From Flavobacteriaceae bacterium (lineage in GTDB: Bacteria; Bacteroidota; Bacteroidia; Flavobacteriales; Flavobacteriaceae): a stretch of 64,000 bases of DNA. A program made the position numbers and the translations under genes. The stretch lies in the NCBI GenBank assembly GCA_947448525.1, contig CANFNV010000010.1, forward strand, positions 14,157 to 78,156. The letters are read 5' to 3'. The number at the start of each line of letters is the position of its first letter. Position 1 is the stretch's first letter. The notes below the pieces were generated by a model, which searched no databases, had not been told where the DNA came from, and was given only the letters and a program-made list of their open reading frames with translations. This document shows positions 9,634 through 17,715 of the stretch, piece after piece.

Positions 9634-10332
9634 TTATGATTTAATTTTTTCTTGGTATTGTTCTAGTATTTTTTTTGCTTTATCCGAATTATGAAGCTTA
9701 ACTTTATATAACGCTAATAAACGCTCGTAAGTAATTTTAGAACCGCTTATTTCGATTGCTTTTATATAATTTTTTTCAGCACTTTTATAGCGTTCAAAAT
9801 ATTCATCTATACGGCCTTTTGATAAATAACCATCAACTGGAGATAATTTAATAAGCTCATCCGCATAGCGCTGTGCTTTTTTTTCACTTCCTCCAAAAAG
9901 CGCAGGAACTTGGAGATAATATTCAATCATAGCCCAGCGTGCTTCAATATGTTTTGGATTTAAAACAAGTGCTTTCTCAAATGATTCTTTCATTTCACCT
10001 ATCAATCGAATTGCGACCCATTTTCCACCTTCTTTCGATTTTAATCCTAAAGCGCCACCATATTTATAATAATAATTCGCTTCCTTAGGCCTTAAAATTT
10101 TGAGTTTTTGATAAAATGCAATAGCCTTATCCCATTCTTTGAATTGAACAGAAATATCCCCCAAATATTCAATTGCTTTTATTTGATTTGGATTATCTAT
10201 TAATACCGCTTCAAAAACAGGTCTTGCAAGTGAAAATTTCCCTTGATCATAAAGTTTTTCGGCTTTCTCAAAATTAGATTGAGAAAAAATACATTGAGTA
10301 ATAAGTAAGAGAAATATTATTTTTGACTTCAT
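9634..10332 (-). CDS. Tetratricopeptide repeat protein, secreted
   Basis: Signal peptide; repeated TPR-like helices (AIEYLGDI...AIAFYQKL...ANYYYKYG). Confidence 0.75.
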   Translation of the reverse strand: MKSKIIFLLLITQCIFSQSNFEKAEKLYDQGKFSLARPVFEAVLIDNPNQIKAIEYLGDISVQFKEWDKAIAFYQKLKILRPKEANYYYKYGGALGLKSKEGGKWVAIRLIGEMKESFEKALVLNPKHIEARWAMIEYYLQVPALFGGSEKKAQRYADELIKLSPVDGYLSKGRIDEYFERYKSAEKNYIKAIEISGSKITYERLLALYKVKLHNSDKAKKILEQYQEKIKS

Positions 10333-10462
10333 GGTATTTGCCCATAGAATGGAATAACAAATATACTTTAATTATTTATTTTAATACTATTTTGAAGTTT
10401 ATTACAATAAAAAAACTCCAACCTAAATTAGATCAGAGTTTCAAATAATTATTTAGTTCAAA

Positions 10463-12613
10463 TTACTTCACCAAAGTCATTTCATCAACAATGTGTTTAG
10501 CTCCCGAGAAATTCTCAATTACCCACAATACATAACGAATATCAACATTGATTGTTCTTTGTAGTTTTTTGTCGAAGATTACGTCACCAGCCATTGCTTC
10601 GATGTTTCCGTCGAAAGCGATACCAATTAATTCTCCTTTTCCATTAAGAACTGGCGAACCTGAATTTCCTCCTGTAATATCATTGTCGGTTAAGAAATTT
10701 ATGTGAAGCGAACCGTCTTTATCTCCATAACGACCGTAGTCTTTGTTTTTTGCCATATCCAAAACTTTAGTTGGCAAGTCAAATTCTTCGTCTCCTTTTT
10801 TGTATTTTTTAACTTGACTGTCTAATGTAGTGTAGTTGTTTATAGCAACTGGATTTCGTTTATCTGCTGGTAAAGCGCGAACTTTTCCGTAGGTTAAACG
10901 CAAAGTTGAGTTCGCATCTGGATATTTAATGTCTCCCATTTTTGATTCACGTAATCCTTCAACTAACAAACGAAAAGAAGCGCCATAATCGTTTTGCGCT
11001 TTAGCAATTTCATCCGATTTTGAATTGAATTGCGTTAACATATCATTAGACAAAACATACAACGGATCGTTGTCTAACATTCCTTGACTCGGCACTTGCA
11101 AAAATGCTTTCACTTTATCTAAAGAAGAAAACAGACTCAAATCAACTGCTGAGTTTACATATTTCGTAAAATCATTATTATTTTGGTCCCCAATTTTCTT
11201 AACCATTGGAGCAATGTTGTAACCTAATGATTTTGTAGCATAAAGATTCAATTGGGCTGCCAAAATATCTTTCTCTGCTGGTAAATATAAATCCTCAAAG
11301 AATTTGGTTGCTCCTTCAATGATTTGCGGGGCTAATATTGCACGTTTGGTTGCATCGGCTTTTACGTAGTTATCCAATTGTTTTCCTATAGTTCTGCCTA
11401 CTGGTCCAAGAGCAGATGTTCTGAATAATTGTTGCAAATAGTTATCGTGACGCGCTTTTTCGTTGGTTAAACCATAGAATTTATTAATCGTTGCCACTAC
11501 GTTTCCGTATTTCGATTTATTTTCGGCTTTGTTTGCCCATTTGTCAAATTTAGCTTCTTGCGCTGCTTTCGATTTTGAGGTTTCAGCTTTAGACAATGCA
11601 TCAATCATACCTTGACGGTTTTTCCAGTAGTTGGCTGTTGAAGCATATTTAGAAGCATACACCAAACGAAGTGAAGCACTCATTTCCATGTATTTTTTCA
11701 TGTTGTCCATTCCAGTTTTAGCACCTTCTACCCATGCCGGATAAGCAAATTTCACGTTTTGCTCAATTCCACCAGCAGGCATCCAACGATTGGTTCTTCC
11801 TGGATAACCCAAAATCATAGCAAAATCTCCTTCTTTTACTCCGTTTAAATTAACAGGTAAATAGTGTTTTGGTTGTAATGGAACATTGTTTACAGAATAA
11901 TCTGCTGGATTTCCATCTTTATCTGCATAAACTCTAAACATAGAGAAATCAGCAGTTTGACGTGGCCATTCCCAGTTGTCGGTGTCTCCTCCAAATTTTC
12001 CTAAACTTTCAGGTGGCACTCCTACTAAACGTACATCTTTGTAATCCTGATATACAAAATAGTAGTACTCATTTCCTTGAAAGAACGGACGAACAGAAAC
12101 GGTATATTTTCCGCCTTCGTTGTTTTCTTTTTCAATTAATGCGATTTCAGCATTGATGGCTTTTTCTCTATCAGCCTCGCTCATAGATGGGTTTACTTTT
12201 GCTAAAATACGTTTCGAACAATCGTCCATACGAACAAAGAAACGAACGTATAAGCTTGATGGTTTTCTTTCGTCAGCTCTGTTGGCTGCCCAAAAACCGT
12301 CTTTTAGCAAATTGTGTTCTGGTGTAGAAAGTTCGGCAATTCCGTCGTAACCACAATGGTGATTAGTTAAAACCAATCCATCTTTAGAGATTATTTCGGC
12401 AGTACAACCACCATTGAATTGCACAATAGCATCTTTAAGGCTGTGGTGGTTGATGCTGTAAATTTCTTCGGCTGTCAGTTGCAAGCCCATTTTTTGCATG
12501 TCGCGGTGATTTAAACGTTCGATGAACATTAAAAACCACATACCTTCATCGGCTTTTACGCTCATTGGAATAAGCAGTATTGCAGTAATAAGCGATAAAA
12601 TAATTTTTTTCAT
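10463..12613 (-). CDS. dpp7: S46 family dipeptidyl peptidase, DPP7-type
   Basis: ADEGMW N-terminus, TNHHC (His), GDTDNWEWP (Asp), TGGNSGSP (Ser); AFDGN has Gly at the S1 position (DPP11 has Arg). Confidence 0.88.
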   Translation of the reverse strand: MKKIILSLITAILLIPMSVKADEGMWFLMFIERLNHRDMQKMGLQLTAEEIYSINHHSLKDAIVQFNGGCTAEIISKDGLVLTNHHCGYDGIAELSTPEHNLLKDGFWAANRADERKPSSLYVRFFVRMDDCSKRILAKVNPSMSEADREKAINAEIALIEKENNEGGKYTVSVRPFFQGNEYYYFVYQDYKDVRLVGVPPESLGKFGGDTDNWEWPRQTADFSMFRVYADKDGNPADYSVNNVPLQPKHYLPVNLNGVKEGDFAMILGYPGRTNRWMPAGGIEQNVKFAYPAWVEGAKTGMDNMKKYMEMSASLRLVYASKYASTANYWKNRQGMIDALSKAETSKSKAAQEAKFDKWANKAENKSKYGNVVATINKFYGLTNEKARHDNYLQQLFRTSALGPVGRTIGKQLDNYVKADATKRAILAPQIIEGATKFFEDLYLPAEKDILAAQLNLYATKSLGYNIAPMVKKIGDQNNNDFTKYVNSAVDLSLFSSLDKVKAFLQVPSQGMLDNDPLYVLSNDMLTQFNSKSDEIAKAQNDYGASFRLLVEGLRESKMGDIKYPDANSTLRLTYGKVRALPADKRNPVAINNYTTLDSQVKKYKKGDEEFDLPTKVLDMAKNKDYGRYGDKDGSLHINFLTDNDITGGNSGSPVLNGKGELIGIAFDGNIEAMAGDVIFDKKLQRTINVDIRYVLWVIENFSGAKHIVDEMTLVK

Positions 12614-12744
12614 TTGATAATAATATTAGGTTATCTGTTTGTTTTCTACTTGTCGGACAAAAATACAATTTGTCACACGTTTTTTTCAGTAGAACTGCGA
12701 ATTTAGTATTTTTTTTGGGATTCACCCAATTAAGAAAAATACTT

Positions 12745-12770
12745 AAAAAAAAGCCTCGACATATCGAGGC
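12745..12770 (-). terminator. Intrinsic terminator after obgE
   Basis: GCCTCGA-CATA-TCGAGGC with A-run on the low-coordinate side (U-tract on minus strand). Confidence 0.8.
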
Positions 12771-12787
12771 ATTAAATTTATTTTAAT

Positions 12788-13822
12788 TTACAACCCATGA
12801 CTATTTTCGGGTTTATCATCTTCCACATTTAGCATTTCCCAAAGTTTGTCTTTAAGCTCAGTTAATCCTTGTTGGGCAACGGAGGAAATGAACATGTAAG
12901 GAATGCCCAGTTTGGATTTATCCAATAATTGTTTCATTTCTGCTTTCAATTCATTATCTAACATATCGCATTTAGAAATGACCAACAAACGATCTTTATC
13001 TAACATTTCTGGATTATAGCGACGTAATTCATCTAATAGAATTTCATATTCTTTTTTGATATCATCGGCATCGGCAGGAACCAAAAACAATAGCGTTGAG
13101 TTTCGTTCAATGTGACGTAAAAAATAATGACCTAATCCTTTTCCTTCGGCAGCACCTTCAATAATTCCGGGTATATCGGCAATTACAAACGATTGAAATT
13201 CTCTGTATGCCACAATTCCTAAATTCGGTTTTAATGTCGTAAAGGGGTAATCTGCAATTTTTGGCTTAGCCGAAGTTAATACAGATAATAAAGTAGATTT
13301 TCCTGCATTTGGGAAACCTACTAAACCAACATCGGCAAGAACTTTAAGTTCTAGAATAACGTCCAATTCGGCAGATGGCATTCCGGGCTGTGAATATCTT
13401 GGTGTTTGGTTGGTGGAACTTCTAAAATGCCAATTTCCTAAACCACCTTTTCCACCTTGAGCCAAAATACGCTCTTCGCCGTGTTCAGTAATTTCAAAAA
13501 GAATTTCACCTGTCTCGATGTCTTTAACCACGGTTCCAAGTGGCACTTCAACATATTTGTCTTCTCCATCATGACCTGTACTTCTCGAGCTTCCTCCATC
13601 ACCACCATGACCAGCACGCATGTGTTTTACAAACTTTAAATGAAAAAGCGTCCAAAGACTTTTATTGCCTCTCATATATACGTGTCCGCCACGACCTCCA
13701 TCACCTCCATCAGGACCACCCTTTTCAATAAATTTTTCTCTATGTAAATGCGTAGAACCCTTACCTCCTTTACCGGAAGTAACATATATTTTTACGTAGT
13801 CTACAAAATTTCCTTCTGTCAT
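12788..13822 (-). CDS. obgE: GTPase ObgE/CgtA
   Basis: [18 protein letters not shown], Gly-rich Obg fold, G1 [15 protein letters not shown]. Confidence 0.97.
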   Translation of the reverse strand: MTEGNFVDYVKIYVTSGKGGKGSTHLHREKFIEKGGPDGGDGGRGGHVYMRGNKSLWTLFHLKFVKHMRAGHGGDGGSSRSTGHDGEDKYVEVPLGTVVKDIETGEILFEITEHGEERILAQGGKGGLGNWHFRSSTNQTPRYSQPGMPSAELDVILELKVLADVGLVGFPNAGKSTLLSVLTSAKPKIADYPFTTLKPNLGIVAYREFQSFVIADIPGIIEGAAEGKGLGHYFLRHIERNSTLLFLVPADADDIKKEYEILLDELRRYNPEMLDKDRLLVISKCDMLDNELKAEMKQLLDKSKLGIPYMFISSVAQQGLTELKDKLWEMLNVEDDKPENSHGL

Positions 13823-13828
13823 TTTTTT

Positions 13829-13885
13829 AGGTCTTGGGTTTTTGGTTATAGGTCTTGGGGCTATAAAACCTTGGACTTTATCCCT
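13829..13885. repeat. Degenerate heptamer array with short inverted arm
   Basis: AGGTCTT GGGTTTT TGGTTAT AGGTCTT GGGGCTA, then TAAAACC TTGGACT TTATCCC. Confidence 0.55.
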
Positions 13886-14054
13886 AATTTTAGTTGTATA
13901 TTTTATTTAAAAGTATTCTGAAAATCTAAATACACAAGAGTATTTTCAAAAAAAAAGAGCCAATATCCTTGTTTTGAATCTAGCTCCTTTTGTGTATGCA
14001 AATATCTAAAAAAAAAATGAATGCTCGAAACTTTATATCATTCAATAAATTAGA

Positions 14055-14627
14055 CTATAATTTATCAAAAATTACATTCAATCGTTCGTTTACTTCTAAT
14101 ATGGTTCCAATACCATTAACGACGTGAAATTTTCCTTGGGATTTATAGTAATCCATTAATGGTGCTGTTTTTTGATTGTATTCGTCGTAACGGTTTCTAA
14201 TTTTTTCTTCATCTTGATCGTCTGGTCTTCCTGAAGTTTTTCCTCTTTCTAATAAACGTGCTACTAAAATATTATCATCCGCTTCAAGTGCAACTGTAGC
14301 CGTAATTGTTTGGTTTTTAGTTTGCAAAAACTGATCTAAAGCTTCGGCTTGTGCCAAAGTTCTGGGAAAACCATCAAATAAAAATCCTGCTGAATGTGGA
14401 TTTTTATCTACTTCACTTTGCAACATTTGTATCGTTACTTCATCGGGAACTAAATCGCCTTTATCCATAAAGGTTTTGGCTAATTTTCCTAACTCCGTGT
14501 CATTTTTGATATTGAATCTAAAAATGTCACCCGTTGATAAGTGTGTTAAGTTGTATTTTTCTTTTAAAAATTCAGCTTGTGTGCCTTTTCCTGCTCCTGG
14601 TTTTCCAAAAAGAACGATGTTAATCAT
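14055..14627 (-). CDS. adk: Adenylate kinase
   Basis: GKPGAGKGTQA, HLSTGDIFR, GDLVPD, FDGFPRT; short (no LID) type. Confidence 0.96.
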   Translation of the reverse strand: MINIVLFGKPGAGKGTQAEFLKEKYNLTHLSTGDIFRFNIKNDTELGKLAKTFMDKGDLVPDEVTIQMLQSEVDKNPHSAGFLFDGFPRTLAQAEALDQFLQTKNQTITATVALEADDNILVARLLERGKTSGRPDDQDEEKIRNRYDEYNQKTAPLMDYYKSQGKFHVVNGIGTILEVNERLNVIFDKL

Positions 14628-14637
14628 TTGTATTTAT

Positions 14638-14743
14638 TTGATTTTTGATTTTTGATTTTTGATTTTTGATTCAACTTCTATAATGCTTCGCCAATTCGAG
14701 CAAAACTCTCGGGTCAAAAATCTCTAATCTTCAATCGTTAATT
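14638..14743. repeat. Heptamer inverted-arm element with REP-like core
   Basis: (TTGATTT)x4+TTGATTC 14638-14672; core GCTTCGCCAATTCGAGCAAAACTCTCGGGTC 14685-14715; AAAAATC TCTAATC TTCAATC GTTAATT 14716-14743. Confidence 0.8.
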
Positions 14744-14744
14744 A

Positions 14745-15275
14745 CTACTGTGCTAATTGGTAAACGTCTGCAAGATTTCTTCCTAATCCATCGTAGTCTA
14801 AACCATATCCAACGATGAATTTATTCGGAATTCGGATGCCAATGTAATCGATTTTAATATCTTTTTTGTAAGCTTCTGGTTTGAAAAACAACGAGGCAAT
14901 TTTTAAATGTTTTACATTTTTTGCTTTAAATAGGGCTTTCAATTCTTCAATAGTATTTCCTGTATCTATAATATCTTCAACGATTACGACGGTTTTTCCT
15001 TCAAGGTTTTCGTTGATTCCGATTAATTGTTTTACATCATTACTGGATTGTGTGCCTTCATATGAAGCCATTTTCATAAAACTCACCTCACACATACCTT
15101 TGTAATGTTTCATTAAGTCAGCCATCACCATAAAAGAACCATTCAAAATTCCAACAAAAATGGGAATCTCATCAAAAAAATCGTCATCCATTTGTTTGGC
15201 CATATTTGCAATTGCAAAATCAATTTCTTCTGAAGAGATGAACGGCACAAAAGTTTTATCGTGAAGATGTATCAT
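14745..15275 (-). CDS. hpt: Hypoxanthine phosphoribosyltransferase
   Basis: ILNGSFM, PRPP motif VIVEDIIDTGNT, FIVGYGLDY. Confidence 0.93.
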   Translation of the reverse strand: MIHLHDKTFVPFISSEEIDFAIANMAKQMDDDFFDEIPIFVGILNGSFMVMADLMKHYKGMCEVSFMKMASYEGTQSSNDVKQLIGINENLEGKTVVIVEDIIDTGNTIEELKALFKAKNVKHLKIASLFFKPEAYKKDIKIDYIGIRIPNKFIVGYGLDYDGLGRNLADVYQLAQ

Positions 15276-15375
15276 GTTGTGTTGTTGTTTTTTAAATAAA
15301 GAGGCAAATTTACAAACTAATAACTATTTAGAAACAAGTATTTTGAGTTTTTTGCTAATTTGGTATATTTACAGA

Positions 15376-15909
15376 ATGGATGCAGAATTTTACAATCAAA
15401 TAGCTAAAAGCTCGGCACATAGAAAAAGTAGAGATGACAATAAAGACTTTATCTTCTCTAATCCAAGCTATTTAAAGGGTTTAACCGATATTGCCTTCAA
15501 TACTAAAGACAAAAACCATCATAAAGCATGCTGGATTTTGGAACTAATTTGTGAAGAACGAATCGAGTTATTTATACCTTTTATAGATAAATTTTGCGAA
15601 ACTTTACCTGATTTTAAAATTGACAAAGCATTACGTCCTACTTCAAAAATCTGTATGTTTTTATGTAACAGCAAGAAAGTTAGCTTAACCGAATTCCAAG
15701 AAGAGAAAATAATTGAAACTTGTTTAGACCGATTAATCGATAAAGATTTAGCAGCGACTGCTGCCTATTCGATGAGAGCTTTATATGAACTTGGCAAGAA
15801 ATACGAATGGGTAAACGAGGAATTAAAAATAATCCTTTCTAAAGATTTTAGTAATCAAACTCCGGGTTATCGATTTGCTGTGAAAGACATTTTGAAACGA
15901 TTGAAATAA
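15376..15909 (+). CDS. Conserved hypothetical all-helical (HEAT/ARM-like) protein
   Basis: ATG 15376 (MDAEFY...) preferred; helical pattern ACWILELI...ALRPTSKICMFL...AAYSMRALYELG. Confidence 0.65.
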   Translation: MDAEFYNQIAKSSAHRKSRDDNKDFIFSNPSYLKGLTDIAFNTKDKNHHKACWILELICEERIELFIPFIDKFCETLPDFKIDKALRPTSKICMFLCNSKKVSLTEFQEEKIIETCLDRLIDKDLAATAAYSMRALYELGKKYEWVNEELKIILSKDFSNQTPGYRFAVKDILKRLK

Positions 15910-15921
15910 TTTTCAAATGTT

Positions 15922-15929
15922 TATCTTTG
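15922..15929 (+). promoter_or_regulatory. -7 promoter element for purK-purE
   Basis: TATCTTTG with TTG at 15901-15903, 18 nt upstream. Confidence 0.65.
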
Positions 15930-15951
15930 CGCAAACAACTACAACAACACA

Positions 15952-17106
15952 ATGAATTATTTTTCTTCCGATTTTAAACTGGGAATTCTCGGTGGCGGTC
16001 AATTAGGCAAAATGCTTTTGGCTGAAACTCGAAAATTTGACATTCAAACCTATGTTATCGACCCAAGCACAGCAGCACCAAGTCAATTTGGAGCTACTGA
16101 ATTTTTTATAGGTGATTTGATGGATTTTGATGCCATTTATGAATTCGGAAAAAAAGTGGATGTGCTTACTATCGAAATTGAAAATGTAAATTTAGATGCT
16201 TTAGATAAATTAGAGAAAGAGGGATTAGCTGTTTATCCCTCACCCAAAACCTTGCGTTTGATTCAAAATAAAGGTCGTCAAAAGGATTTTTATGTCGAGA
16301 ATGGCATTCCATCAGCACCACATCTTCGATTTACAGACCTAACAAAACTTAAATCAGCCGCCGCATCAGATAAAATTAAGATGCCCTTTGTATGGAAATG
16401 TGCTCAATTTGGTTACGATGGAAATGGTGTGAAAATAGTACGCACTGCATCCGATTTAAATAATTTACCCAATGTAGAATGCATTGCTGAAGAAATGGTG
16501 CCTTTTATAAATGAATTGGCGGTTATTGTAGCTCGTTCTGTATCTGGAGAAGTGAATACCTATCCTGTTGTTGAAATGGAATTCCATCCCGAAGCCAATC
16601 AAGTAGAGTATGTCATTTGTCCGGCACGAATAGATAATGAGATTGCCTCAAAAGCAACCAAAATTGCTTTAAAAGTTTCCGAAGCTTTTAATCATGTTGG
16701 ATTGTTAGCGGTAGAACTATTTCAAACTGAAAACGATGAAATTTTAGTCAACGAAGTAGCACCACGTCCTCATAATTCTGGGCATTATTCTATTGAAGCA
16801 AGTTATACATCGCAATTTGAAAATCATCTACGCGCCATATTAAACTTACCTCTAGGAAATACAGATAGTAAAGTTGCCGGAATTATGGTAAATTTGGTCG
16901 GTGAAGAAGGATTTTCAGGACCTGTGACCTATAAAAATATTGAAAAAATAATGGCCATTAACGGGGTAACTCCTCACATTTATGGCAAAAGAGAAACAAG
17001 ACCTTTCCGAAAAATGGGACATGTTACCATTGTAAATGAAGATATGGCAGAAGCAAGAAAAATTGCTGAAGAAGTGAAGAATACCCTCCGTGTAATTGCG
17101 GAGTAA
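15952..17106 (+). CDS. purK: N5-carboxyaminoimidazole ribonucleotide synthase
   Basis: LGILGGGQLGKML, TIEIENV, GYDGNG, NEVAPRPHNSGH, RKMGHVT. Confidence 0.96.
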   Translation: MNYFSSDFKLGILGGGQLGKMLLAETRKFDIQTYVIDPSTAAPSQFGATEFFIGDLMDFDAIYEFGKKVDVLTIEIENVNLDALDKLEKEGLAVYPSPKTLRLIQNKGRQKDFYVENGIPSAPHLRFTDLTKLKSAAASDKIKMPFVWKCAQFGYDGNGVKIVRTASDLNNLPNVECIAEEMVPFINELAVIVARSVSGEVNTYPVVEMEFHPEANQVEYVICPARIDNEIASKATKIALKVSEAFNHVGLLAVELFQTENDEILVNEVAPRPHNSGHYSIEASYTSQFENHLRAILNLPLGNTDSKVAGIMVNLVGEEGFSGPVTYKNIEKIMAINGVTPHIYGKRETRPFRKMGHVTIVNEDMAEARKIAEEVKNTLRVIAE

Positions 17107-17138
17107 TTATTAATTATCAATTGTTAATTATCAATTAA
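17104..17138. repeat. Five-unit heptamer array filling the purK-purE spacer
   Basis: TAATTAT TAATTAT CAATTGT TAATTAT CAATTAA, beginning with the purK stop codon. Confidence 0.75.
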
Positions 17139-17139
17139 T

Positions 17140-17622
17140 ATGAAAGTAGCCATAATAATGGGAAGCATATCCGATATGCCCGTGATGCAAGAAGCCATCG
17201 AAATCTTAAAAGGATTTGACATCGAAACCGAAGTAGACATCGTTTCGGCGCATAGAACACCTGAAAAATTATTTGATTTTAGTAAAAATGCACATAGTCG
17301 TGGCATTTCTGTGATTATTGCTGGTGCAGGAGGTGCGGCTCATTTACCAGGAATGGTAGCTTCAATGTCGCCACTTCCCGTGATTGGAGTTCCGATAAAA
17401 TCTAGTAATTCTATTGATGGATGGGATTCAGTTTTGTCTATTTTGCAAATGCCAGGTGGCGTGCCTGTAGCAACCGTTGCGCTAAACGGAGCAAAAAATG
17501 CCGGGATTCTAGCTGCACAAATCATTGGAAGTTCTGATAAATGTGTTTTAGACAAAATCATTTTCTATAAAGAAAGTTTGAAAGAAGCTGTGAATAAAGC
17601 CGCATCTGAATTGAAAAAATAA
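17140..17622 (+). CDS. purE: N5-CAIR mutase
   Basis: IMGSISD, SAHRTP, AGAGGAAHLPGM, SILQMPGGVPVATV. Confidence 0.97.
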   Translation: MKVAIIMGSISDMPVMQEAIEILKGFDIETEVDIVSAHRTPEKLFDFSKNAHSRGISVIIAGAGGAAHLPGMVASMSPLPVIGVPIKSSNSIDGWDSVLSILQMPGGVPVATVALNGAKNAGILAAQIIGSSDKCVLDKIIFYKESLKEAVNKAASELKK

Positions 17623-17629
17623 ATAATTG

Positions 17630-17709
17630 CATAGAGAACCACAGAGATTTGTACAGAGAAATTATTTTTCTTGAAAGTCTCTGTGAAACTCTGTGAAACT
17701 CTGTGAAAC
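17630..17709. repeat. Decamer inverted-arm element (CACAGAG / CTCTGTG)
   Basis: Left CATAGAGAAC CACAGAGATT TG TACAGAGAAA; right (CTCTGTGAAA)x3 perfect at 17679-17708. Confidence 0.8.
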
Positions 17710-17715
17710 AAAAAA

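Noticed and set aside
15376-15909. Adenylosuccinate lyase label suggested by proximity to pur genes
   Set aside because: Far too short and lacks the fumarase/ASL signature (SSxMPxKxN).
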